Assembly (NCBI GenBank): GCA_943914465.1
Contig: CALUCD010000006.1
Span: 67,234-131,233 of the forward strand
DNA from: an uncultured Corynebacterium sp.
GTDB lineage: Bacteria > Actinomycetota > Actinomycetes > Mycobacteriales > Mycobacteriaceae
Length of the DNA: 64,000 nt
Reading direction: 5' to 3'
The notes under the pieces were generated by a model, which had not been told where the DNA came from, did no database searches, and saw nothing but the letters and a program-made list of their open reading frames with translations. The position numbers were made by a program, and so were the translations under genes. Positions 56,051 to 64,000 of this stretch are shown here, piece by piece; position 1 is the first letter of the stretch; the number at the start of each line of letters is the position of its first letter.

Positions 56051-57310
56051 GTGGCTCACCTTGAGCGGCGTCTCCCTGACCCCAAAGAACTTTTCTCCCT
56101 GCTTCAGTTCTCATTGCCCACGCTTAACCGGCGTGAAGCCCGCCTCGAACGGGCAGCAGATGTAGAGGATCTGCGCGCAATCGCGAAACGGCGAACCCCG
56201 ACCCCTGCGTTTGATTATGTCGACGGGGCAGCAGAAAACGAAGCTACCGCGCGACGGGCGCGCGAGGCATTCGATGCTGTTGAACTTGTCCCCAAAGTGC
56301 TCAGCCCGACACCCAACATCAACCTAGAGACGACGATCGCTGGACGCCGATCACAACTCCCGTTTGGAATCGCCCCGACTGGGTTCACGCGTTTTATGCA
56401 CTCTGAAGGCGAGGACGCCGGCGCAGCGGCCGCGCGCCGGGCAGGCATTCCTTTCTCGCTTTCGACGATGGGAACTCGCTCGATCGAAGAAGTCGCCGAG
56501 GTGTCTCAAGAAGGGATCCGGTGGTTCCAGCTCTACGTGTGGAAAGACCGCGAAGCATCCTTAGAACTGGTGCAGCGCGCCTGGGACAGCGGCTTTGACA
56601 CGCTGCTTGTCACTGTGGATACCCCGGTGGCTGGACAGCGTCTGCGCGATGCGCGCAACGGGATGACAATTCCGCCGCGGCTCACATTGAAAACCGTTGT
56701 GGATGCCTCGTATCGGCCGGAGTGGTGGTTCAACTTCCTGACCACGGATTCGTTGAAGTTCGCCTCGCTGAGCGATTCAGCTACGGATCTGCCGACGTTG
56801 ATCAACGGCATGTTCGACCCGAGCATTTCTCTCCAGGATGTGGAATGGATTCGCTCGGTGTGGCCGGGCAAGCTTGTGATCAAGGGCATTCTCACCCCGG
56901 AAGATGGGCAAAGAATGGTTGCGGTTGGCGCCGATGGGTTGGTTGTTTCAAACCATGGTGGCCGCCAGTTGGACAAGGCACCTGTATCTATTCAGGCCCT
57001 CCCTGCTCTTCGGGAGGCGGTTGGTGATGCCACAGAGTTGATCCTTGATTCCGGTGTGCTGCGCGGTAGCGATATCATTGCCGCGCTTGGGCTCGGTGCA
57101 GATTTTGTGCTCATCGGCCGGGCGTACCTCTATGGTTTGATGGCCGGCGGAGAGCAAGGTGTGCAGCGCGTGATCAGTATCCTCGAACAGGAGCTGCGGA
57201 CCACCATGACGCTGATGGGCATTGGTAGTGTGGCCGAGCTGAAGACAGGTGGGCAGGTGAGGCCGCGGTGGAGCCTCACTGAGCAGGCGGGCGAGAGCTT
57301 TTTTGCTTGA
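56051..57310 (+). CDS. FMN-dependent alpha-hydroxy acid dehydrogenase (L-lactate/(S)-mandelate dehydrogenase family)
   Basis: TIM-barrel FMN oxidase motifs (PFGIAPTGF, SNHGGRQLD, SGVLRGSDI), 419 aa. Confidence 0.75.
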   Translation: MAHLERRLPDPKELFSLLQFSLPTLNRREARLERAADVEDLRAIAKRRTPTPAFDYVDGAAENEATARRAREAFDAVELVPKVLSPTPNINLETTIAGRRSQLPFGIAPTGFTRFMHSEGEDAGAAAARRAGIPFSLSTMGTRSIEEVAEVSQEGIRWFQLYVWKDREASLELVQRAWDSGFDTLLVTVDTPVAGQRLRDARNGMTIPPRLTLKTVVDASYRPEWWFNFLTTDSLKFASLSDSATDLPTLINGMFDPSISLQDVEWIRSVWPGKLVIKGILTPEDGQRMVAVGADGLVVSNHGGRQLDKAPVSIQALPALREAVGDATELILDSGVLRGSDIIAALGLGADFVLIGRAYLYGLMAGGEQGVQRVISILEQELRTTMTLMGIGSVAELKTGGQVRPRWSLTEQAGESFFA

Positions 57311-57323
57311 CGACGTCAACGCC

Positions 57324-58697
57324 TTACGCCCCGCTGTAGCCGCCCAGCCCCAATGACTCAATCGCCCCGGCAATCTTGAACATTGTCGGCTCGTTATAGG
57401 CACCGGTACCGATTTGGATGCCGATTGGCAGCTCGTCGATGAACCCGGCCGGAATGCTCATCGCCGGCAGGCCAGCAAGGTTGAATGGGCTGGTGAACCG
57501 GGTAAGCGTGCGCAGCTGGTCGTCTTTTGTTGCGTCGGCGAACATGGCGGGTAGCACCGGGGTGATGATGGCATCGACGGTGCCGAAGGCGTAGGTGAAG
57601 TCGCGCCGGATGTCGAAGCGGGCGCGTTGCGCACGCAGGTATTCGTCGGCGGAGACGTCACCAGTGCGCTGGTGTCGGTTCCTGATGTCGGGGCCGAACT
57701 CGTCTAAGCGGTGTTCCAAATCCGCGCCGAGAATCGTCCGGGCTTCGGCAGTAACTGTGCTGGTGAGCGCCCAATCGCTGCGCTCGATCCTGGGTAGCTC
57801 CACTGGAACAATCGCCGCGCCTAGGTTTTCTAGTTCCTGGATGACGGCGTTGGTGACAGCTGCGATACGCGGGTCCACTTCATTGAAGAAGTATTTGCGC
57901 TCTACTCCGATGACGGAGTTTTGGACTCCAACCCCGAGGTTGGCGGTGAAGTCTGGTGGGGTGCCCGGGGTGGAAAACGGTTCGCGTGCATCGAAGCCGG
58001 CGATTGCTCGGAGTGTAATCGCGGCGTCTTCGACGTTGCGTGCCAGCGGGCCGACTTCATCGAGCGACCAGGCGAGTGGGTAGCTGCCGACTGTTGAGAC
58101 AAGCCCGCGAGTGGCCTTCACACCGACGAGACCGCAGACGGATGCCGGGATTCTCACCGAACCTCCTGTGTCGGTGCCGAGTGCGGCAAATGCCATGTCG
58201 GCCGCTACCGCCGCAGCTGACCCGCCGCTGGAACCAGACGCTGTGGTGGCTGTGTTCCACGGATTGCGGACTTCACCGGTGTGCGGGTTGACACCGCTGA
58301 CACCCCATGCGTATTCATCCATTGTGGTTTTGGCGATGATCACGGCACCTGCTGCGCGCAGGCGGCGCACCACGAACGCATCGGTGTACACAGTGCGTTC
58401 GGCGCTGATCGTTGAGCCTGCTGCAGTTGGTTCTCCGGCGATATCGATGTTGTCTTTCACCATCACGGGCACGCCGTGCAGTGGGCCGCGGTACTCGCTG
58501 CTGAGGATTTCTTTCTCAGCTTCGGTGGCGTCTTGCATCGCTTGCTCGTCGCGGAAGTGCGAGACCGCGTTGAGCTCGTCGTTACGCGCATGCGCAGATT
58601 CGAGCTGGGCTCTGGTCAGTTCGACAGGGGACAGTTGGCGAGACGAGATGAGGTTGGCAACTTCAGTAATGGACGCGGACAGTAGCTCCGAGTTCAT
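57324..58697 (-). CDS. Amidase (amidase-signature family)
   Basis: AS-family Gly/Ser-rich signature GGSSGGSAAAVA and catalytic region. 457 aa. Confidence 0.75.
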   Translation of the reverse strand: MNSELLSASITEVANLISSRQLSPVELTRAQLESAHARNDELNAVSHFRDEQAMQDATEAEKEILSSEYRGPLHGVPVMVKDNIDIAGEPTAAGSTISAERTVYTDAFVVRRLRAAGAVIIAKTTMDEYAWGVSGVNPHTGEVRNPWNTATTASGSSGGSAAAVAADMAFAALGTDTGGSVRIPASVCGLVGVKATRGLVSTVGSYPLAWSLDEVGPLARNVEDAAITLRAIAGFDAREPFSTPGTPPDFTANLGVGVQNSVIGVERKYFFNEVDPRIAAVTNAVIQELENLGAAIVPVELPRIERSDWALTSTVTAEARTILGADLEHRLDEFGPDIRNRHQRTGDVSADEYLRAQRARFDIRRDFTYAFGTVDAIITPVLPAMFADATKDDQLRTLTRFTSPFNLAGLPAMSIPAGFIDELPIGIQIGTGAYNEPTMFKIAGAIESLGLGGYSGA

Positions 58698-59038
58698 GGG
58701 ATCCTCCTAAAGCCGGTAATGGTGTCCGGATGAGCGCGATGTGGGAACTAGCATACGTGCTATAACTCACGGATATCCCAGTTCCCGGCATTTATTGACC
58801 AATCGTTCAGTATTTCTATCGTGCTTAGACGTTTTGCTCGGCGGTACCCGGGCACTCTCGGCGTGTTGGGGTGGGTGTCGTGTCGAGTCTGGAGATCTTT
58901 GCGAGTGGGGTAGTTCCGGGTGTAAAACAGACCGATTATCCGTCGGGGTGATTGTCATTACATGCCAGAATTAGTTGTTATGTAGATCTCAAGTCACTAT
59001 CTTGTCTATGACGCAGCCACGACTACAAGGAGTACCGC

Positions 59039-60463
59039 ATGGCGTTTCCAACGTATTCGTCCTACCAGGCGCTACTCGCGGCGATTGATGCCGGAGACCA
59101 GGGACGTGAAATCTTGAACCCAGCCACCGGGGGGCTCATCGGCCACGCAGACACCCACACCGTGGACGACCTCAACGCCGCCGTCACCAAAGCGCGTACA
59201 GCGTATGCGGCAGTGCGGCACACCACCCACGACAAGCGCAGTGCGTTGCTGATGGAGGTTGCCGACGCAATCGAGGCGAACGCTGAGCCGCTTGCGCAGC
59301 TGCTCTCACGCGAGCAGGGCAAGCCATTGAACGGGCCGAATGCGAGATTTGAGATTGCAGGTGCCGCCGCGTGGACGCGTGCAACAGCGTCTTTCACGCT
59401 GGAACCGGAGGTGCTGGTCGACGACGATCAGACCTATTCCACAGTGACCTACCGCCCGCTCGGCGTAGTCGGTGCGATCGGCCCGTGGAACTGGCCAATC
59501 ATGATTACTGTGTGGCAGATCGCACCAGCGCTGCGCATGGGCAACACCGTCATTGTCAAACCTTCCGAGTACACGCCGCTGAGCGTGAAGGCGCTGGTGC
59601 ATCTCTACCAGTGCGTCTTCGCGGCGGACACGATCCACTACGTTTCCGGCGACCGCGAAATCGGCGCCGCATTAGCGAGCCACCCGGACGTGGACAAGAT
59701 CATGTTCACCGGCTCCACCGCCACCGGCAAGAAGATCATCGAGGCTTCCGCATCCACCTCTAAGCGCCTCACGCTTGAGCTCGGCGGCAACGACGCGGGC
59801 ATTGTGCTTGACGACGTTGACCCCGCCGCCATCGCCGAGGACCTGTTTTGGGGTGCGTTCATCAACACCGGCCAAACATGCGCGGCACTGAAGCGTCTCT
59901 ACGTGCCAGCGTCTCTGTACGAGGAGGTTTGCGAGGCGTTGGTGAATTACGCCAAGAACGTGCCCATGGGAGAGGGCTTGAACGAAAATAACCTGCTCGG
60001 CCCACTGCAGAACAAGATGCAGTATGACATCGTCGCCGACCTTGTGAAACAGGCGAAGGGCTCAGGGGCACGCGTGCTGCTCGGCGGTGACCCACAGCAG
60101 GAGCAACCAGGCTATTTCTATCCGACGACGCTGATCGCCGACATTGACCGCGATCACCCGCTGGTGGTAGAGGAGCAGTTTGGTCCAGCATTGCCAATCA
60201 TCAAGTACTCCACGATCGATGAAGCGATCGAGGAGGCGAACAAGCTCAATGTTGGCCTCGGGTCGTCGGTCTGGTCTTCGAGCCGTGAGCGTGCTCTTGA
60301 GGTGGCAGACCGTCTTGAGGCGGGCACCACCTGGATTAACAAGCACGGCACTATCGACCCGCGCATTCCGTTTGGCGGTGCGAAGCAATCCGGCTACGGC
60401 GTTGAGTTCGGAGTCGACGGTTTAAAGGCGCTTGGCCAGCCCCATGTAATCACCATTAACTAG
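59039..60463 (+). CDS. NAD(P)-dependent aldehyde dehydrogenase (phenylacetaldehyde/benzaldehyde dehydrogenase-like)
   Basis: ALDH motifs ELGGND, catalytic Cys (GQTCAAL), GSSVWS. 474 aa. Confidence 0.8.
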   Translation: MAFPTYSSYQALLAAIDAGDQGREILNPATGGLIGHADTHTVDDLNAAVTKARTAYAAVRHTTHDKRSALLMEVADAIEANAEPLAQLLSREQGKPLNGPNARFEIAGAAAWTRATASFTLEPEVLVDDDQTYSTVTYRPLGVVGAIGPWNWPIMITVWQIAPALRMGNTVIVKPSEYTPLSVKALVHLYQCVFAADTIHYVSGDREIGAALASHPDVDKIMFTGSTATGKKIIEASASTSKRLTLELGGNDAGIVLDDVDPAAIAEDLFWGAFINTGQTCAALKRLYVPASLYEEVCEALVNYAKNVPMGEGLNENNLLGPLQNKMQYDIVADLVKQAKGSGARVLLGGDPQQEQPGYFYPTTLIADIDRDHPLVVEEQFGPALPIIKYSTIDEAIEEANKLNVGLGSSVWSSSRERALEVADRLEAGTTWINKHGTIDPRIPFGGAKQSGYGVEFGVDGLKALGQPHVITIN

Positions 60464-60467
60464 GGCG

Positions 60468-62165
60468 CTAAGCACAAGAACTCTCGGTTCCGTTGTTGCG
60501 CGGCCCTCGCGGGCCGAAGTCGAACTCTGCAGTCGACGGGCCAAAGGTTTGCAGACCCTGCGGCGCATCAAAGGCATCGAGGTGCAACTCGATGAAGGCG
60601 CCGTGTGGCGAGGTGCCTGCTTGGTTCAATACCTGCGCCAGCTCGCCTTCTGTGCGCGCCTGAAACGTCGGCATTTTCGCATTGGGGGCGAACACCTGCA
60701 CTAAGTCAGCGTACTGCCAGTTCGCCACGTCGTTGTAGTCGCGCTGCATGCCTAAAATGAAGCGCTCAATGGTGTATCCCCGGTTGTTGATGAGAAAGAT
60801 GATCGGGCTTTGCCCCTCCCGCAGAATCGTGGAAAGTTCTTGGGCGGTGAGCTGGAAAGACCCATCACCGATGAAGAGCAGATGTCGACGTTGCGGTGCC
60901 GCCATCTGACTGCCAAGCAGTGCCGGGAGGGTAAAGCCAATCGAGCCCCAGATGGGTGAGTTGATGTACTGCACCCCGTCAGGCATTCGTACCGATCCAA
61001 GTCCGATATTGGCTGTGCCTGATTCGGCGATCACCACGTCGTCCTCCGCGATGAAGGTGGCGATCTGTGGCCAAAGGCGAGCCTGGGTCAGTGCCGCATC
61101 CAGATCTGGTGTGAACACCTCGGGTGCGACACGCTGTTGCGAGCTCTTTGGTTGCTTTGGGATGCGCTCGGCGATCAGCTCCAGGGCTTCGAGCGAGTTG
61201 ATGCCGACAAAGAACTCATCGCCCATGCTGAAGTGCTGGTCTCCGATGTTTACGATGTCGTCTTCCGGCAAGTTGTGCGTGAAGCTGCCGGAGTTGACTT
61301 CGATAAAGCGCGGGTTGGTGGTGATGCAGAAGTCGGAGTTTTCGATCCTTTCCTGCACACCAGGGGCCGAAGCTGCGCCGTTGTAGGTGCCAAGGCACAG
61401 CGGGTCCTGCTCCGCGAGCACAGCTTTCCCGGATGTCATATGAGCGTAGGGGATCTGCGCTTTGTCGATGATCGTGCGGAAGAGCTCGCTGAACCCATGA
61501 CGGTCGGTGTCTTGGTCGAGGAGGAACACTGGGCGCTGTGCTTGTGCGTAAAGCTCGAGGAAACGGTTCACCGTTGTCTCGAGGCGCTCCGCATCCGAGC
61601 GTGGCAGCTCAACACTGAACTGCTCGTCCGGTACCTCAATTTCAAGGTGCGTGATGTCGGAGGGGATTTGGATATGCACGGGGCGCTTCTCGCGCAGACA
61701 GGTGCGAATCGCCCGGTCGACCTCCTCGACCACGTTCATCGGAGAGACGCGGGTGACAACCTCAGTGAACGGGCGGATGGAGTCGAGCATGTTCGCAAAG
61801 TCCCCATCGGCCAGAGAGTGGTGCAAGTGCCAACGGTACTCGGTTGCGTACTGAGGCGGTGCTCCGGAAATTGAGATGACCGGCACGTGCTCAGCACGCG
61901 AACCGGCAATGCCGTTCAGTGCCGACAACTCGCCGACACCATAGGTGGTCAGCAGCGCGCCGACACCGTGCTGGCGGGCGTACCCGTCAGCGGCGTAGGC
62001 CGCGTTGAGCTCGTTGCACGTGCCCACGAAGCGGAAATCCTCCGCCTCCTCGATCTGCTCGAGGAAGCTGAGGTTGAAATCTCCAGGCACCCCCAAAATC
62101 TCGCGGATGCCGAGTGCCTTCAAACGGCCAATGATGAATTCGCCAACAGTCGTCACAGCCATCAA
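60468..62165 (-). CDS. Thiamine-diphosphate-dependent 2-keto acid decarboxylase (indolepyruvate/phenylpyruvate decarboxylase, KdcA/IpdC family)
   Basis: N-terminal Pyr domain (GVPGDFNL), C-terminal PP domain with the ThDP-binding GDGSFQ...NN motif. 565 aa. Confidence 0.8.
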   Translation of the reverse strand: MMAVTTVGEFIIGRLKALGIREILGVPGDFNLSFLEQIEEAEDFRFVGTCNELNAAYAADGYARQHGVGALLTTYGVGELSALNGIAGSRAEHVPVISISGAPPQYATEYRWHLHHSLADGDFANMLDSIRPFTEVVTRVSPMNVVEEVDRAIRTCLREKRPVHIQIPSDITHLEIEVPDEQFSVELPRSDAERLETTVNRFLELYAQAQRPVFLLDQDTDRHGFSELFRTIIDKAQIPYAHMTSGKAVLAEQDPLCLGTYNGAASAPGVQERIENSDFCITTNPRFIEVNSGSFTHNLPEDDIVNIGDQHFSMGDEFFVGINSLEALELIAERIPKQPKSSQQRVAPEVFTPDLDAALTQARLWPQIATFIAEDDVVIAESGTANIGLGSVRMPDGVQYINSPIWGSIGFTLPALLGSQMAAPQRRHLLFIGDGSFQLTAQELSTILREGQSPIIFLINNRGYTIERFILGMQRDYNDVANWQYADLVQVFAPNAKMPTFQARTEGELAQVLNQAGTSPHGAFIELHLDAFDAPQGLQTFGPSTAEFDFGPRGPRNNGTESSCA

Positions 62166-62237
62166 AGCTCCTCCCCGCCGTGTTGTGCCACAGCATATTC
62201 TCCCATGCGCTTTGCCGCGATCACACCGCAGCGTCGG

Positions 62238-64000
62238 CTACGCGTAGGTGGTGCTGACCTTTTCCACGAGGGTGAGCACGTCGTAGGTGGCCACGATTTC
62301 ATCGTGCTGGTTATAGAGCACCGTGTCCCACGCGACTTCGCCGTATGCGTCGGTCACACGCGGGGTGATCCGCTTGGCGGTCAGCTCGACACGAATCGAA
62401 TCGTCATAGGTCACCGGGGTGATAAACCGGAGGTTGTCCAGGCCGTAGTTGGCTAGCACCGGACCGGGCTGCGGCTCGACAAACAGCCCCGCCGCCCAGG
62501 AGACGAGCAGGTAGCCGTGGGCGACACGACGCGGGAAGAATGGGTTCGCGGTTGCAGCCTCCTCATCGGTGTGCGCGTAGAACGTGTCCCCAGTCTTCTC
62601 AGCGAACTCGAGAATCTCCTCCAAGCTGACTTTGCGCAGATCTGATGCGAACTGGTCACCGAGTTGCAGCGTCGCCAAGTCCTTGCGGAACGGGTGCTCA
62701 GCGGTGCCGTTCGCCACTTCTTGGCGGGTCACTCGCTGCACCTTCGCGCCGGTATGCCACTGGCCGGTGATGGCGGTGAGGTGGTCTGGGGTGCCCTGAA
62801 TTGCGGTGCGGTGCATGTAATGCTTGATGGCACGCACGCCACCGAGCTCCTCGCCACCGCCGGCGCGACCCGGGCCGCCGTGGATGAGGTGGGGCAGGGG
62901 GGAGCCGTGGCCGGTAGATGTCTTCGCATCCTCGCGGTCGAGGAAGTGGAGGCGGCCGTGATGGCTGGCAATTCCGCGGGTGAAGGCGACCGCTGTCTCC
63001 GGATCATGCGTGATCACGGAAGCAACCAAAGAACCTTTGCCTAATGCTGCAAGCTCGATCGCGTCGTCGATGCTGGTGTAGCCAATGATGGATACGACGG
63101 GGCCGAAAGCCTCGGTGTCGTGCACCCGCTCAGCGCGGGCATCGTCGAAGGTAAGCACGGTGGGTGCCATAAAGGCACCGCTGATGGTGTCGGGGCCACC
63201 GGTGATGACGTTGCCGCCAGCGTCGATAAGCTTTTCAAGTGCCTCTTTCACATCCTGGGCCTGGTCTTCGGAGACGAGGGGGCCCATCGTGGTCTGCTCG
63301 TTGCGAGGGTCGCCGACAATGATCTTCTCCTCGAGTTTCGCCTGCAACGCCTCAGCGACATCGCCAATCAAGGCTTGCGGCACAATTGCACGGCGCACCG
63401 CGGTGCATTTCTGGCCAGCCTTGACTGTCTGCTCCACAAAGAGCGTTTTGATGTACGCCTCGAACTCTGGGGTGCCTGGCTCGGCGTCGGGGCCGAGGAT
63501 CGCGGCGTTGAGCGAGTCCGCCTCGGCAGTGAAGTGGACGCCGTTTTCCTGCACAGCCTCGCGGCTGCGCAGTGCGTGCGCGGTGGCCGCCGAACCGGTA
63601 AAGGCCACGTGGTCGTTGTAGTCGAGACGGTCGAGCACGTCACCCAGAGAACCGGAGATGAGCTGAATTGCACCGTCGGGCAGCACACCGGACTCCACCA
63701 TCAGGCGGACGCACTCAGCAGTGATGTAGCCAGTCGGGGTAGCGGGTTTGACAATCGTTGGCATGCCGGCGATGAACGCGGGGGCGAACTTTTCCAGCAT
63801 GCCCCAAACCGGGAAGTTGAACGCGTTGATCTGCACCGCCACGCCTTCTAGTGGGGTGTAGATGTGGCGGCCCTGGAAAGAAAAGTCCTTGGCAAACACT
63901 TCTGCCGGACCGTCGACCACCACGTTAGCGTTGGGCATCTCGCGGCGTCCCTTGGAGGAAAAGGTGAACATGGTGGAGATGCCGCCGTCGATGTCTGGAA
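62238..64000 (-). CDS. paaZ: Bifunctional PaaZ (oxepin-CoA hydrolase / 3-oxo-5,6-dehydrosuberyl-CoA semialdehyde dehydrogenase), C-terminal part only; N-terminus lies beyond window end
   Basis: ALDH domain (catalytic Cys region GQKCTAV, FGPVVS) followed by a C-terminal MaoC-like hotdog hydratase domain (HTDEEAA...RRVAHGYLL). The window-internal ATG at 63971 is probably not the real start. Confidence 0.75.
   Translation of the reverse strand, partial: PDIDGGISTMFTFSSKGRREMPNANVVVDGPAEVFAKDFSFQGRHIYTPLEGVAVQINAFNFPVWGMLEKFAPAFIAGMPTIVKPATPTGYITAECVRLMVESGVLPDGAIQLISGSLGDVLDRLDYNDHVAFTGSAATAHALRSREAVQENGVHFTAEADSLNAAILGPDAEPGTPEFEAYIKTLFVEQTVKAGQKCTAVRRAIVPQALIGDVAEALQAKLEEKIIVGDPRNEQTTMGPLVSEDQAQDVKEALEKLIDAGGNVITGGPDTISGAFMAPTVLTFDDARAERVHDTEAFGPVVSIIGYTSIDDAIELAALGKGSLVASVITHDPETAVAFTRGIASHHGRLHFLDREDAKTSTGHGSPLPHLIHGGPGRAGGGEELGGVRAIKHYMHRTAIQGTPDHLTAITGQWHTGAKVQRVTRQEVANGTAEHPFRKDLATLQLGDQFASDLRKVSLEEILEFAEKTGDTFYAHTDEEAATANPFFPRRVAHGYLLVSWAAGLFVEPQPGPVLANYGLDNLRFITPVTYDDSIRVELTAKRITPRVTDAYGEVAWDTVLYNQHDEIVATYDVLTLVEKVSTTYA

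Noticed and set aside
58741-58974. 77-aa plus-strand ORF in the amidase/ALDH divergent region
   Set aside because: Sits in the AT-rich promoter region, Cys/Gly-rich with odd composition, no RBS. Likely spurious.

Overview
This 64-kb window is a high-GC (about 60%) actinobacterial chromosome segment, most likely from a Corynebacterium. At least 58 protein-coding genes can be supported, and I found no rRNA, tRNA, CRISPR array, transposase or integrase.

The left third is conserved core. After a copper-handling edge (partial lipoprotein, copZ, CsoR-type operator, CDF transporter) come tag, a DoxX protein and the block pmt - rsmI - betP - metG - tatD - rpfB - ksgA/rsmA - ispE - ABC-F ATPase. That gene order matches the C. 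glutamicum cg1014-cg1017 neighbourhood and M. tuberculosis Rv1002c-Rv1011.

The remainder reads as follows:
- An Nramp (MntH-like) transporter and a DUF1445/D-glutamate-cyclase-family gene.
- A minus-strand, translationally coupled operon of pxpA, a fused pxpB/pxpC, and a biotin carboxylase carrying a C-terminal BCCP domain.
- ppk2, mpg, a Cof-type HAD hydrolase, an enoyl-CoA hydratase/hydrolase-family gene and a long-form GAPDH-like gene.
- A GT4 glycosyltransferase next to a clear sqdB (UDP-sulfoquinovose synthase) homologue.
- A roughly 3.3-kb insert (28960-32300) holding an AAA+ ATPase and, divergently from it, an Mrr-cat nuclease with an N-terminal domain of possible EVE-like fold (by-eye call). 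This is the best candidate for an uncharacterised modification-dependent defence locus.
- A YihY membrane protein, an SDR oxidoreductase, a POT peptide transporter, bioA-bioD (with a BioQ-like operator), prfC, an FMN reductase, two pth paralogues flanking rplY, a nitronate monooxygenase and an FAH-family gene.
- From about 44.7 kb onwards, a large aromatic-catabolism block:
  - a PheA/TfdB-type flavin hydroxylase with an MHS transporter;
  - a homoprotocatechuate meta-cleavage (hpa) operon containing an unusual FAH-RraA fusion, a GntR regulator, hpaE, hpaD, hpaH and hpaI;
  - a second MHS transporter;
  - an FMN 2-hydroxy-acid dehydrogenase, an amidase, an aldehyde dehydrogenase and a ThDP 2-keto-acid decarboxylase;
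  - the 3' part of paaZ, which runs off the window.

All functional calls rest on motif and family recognition by eye plus gene-order context. No database search was run.
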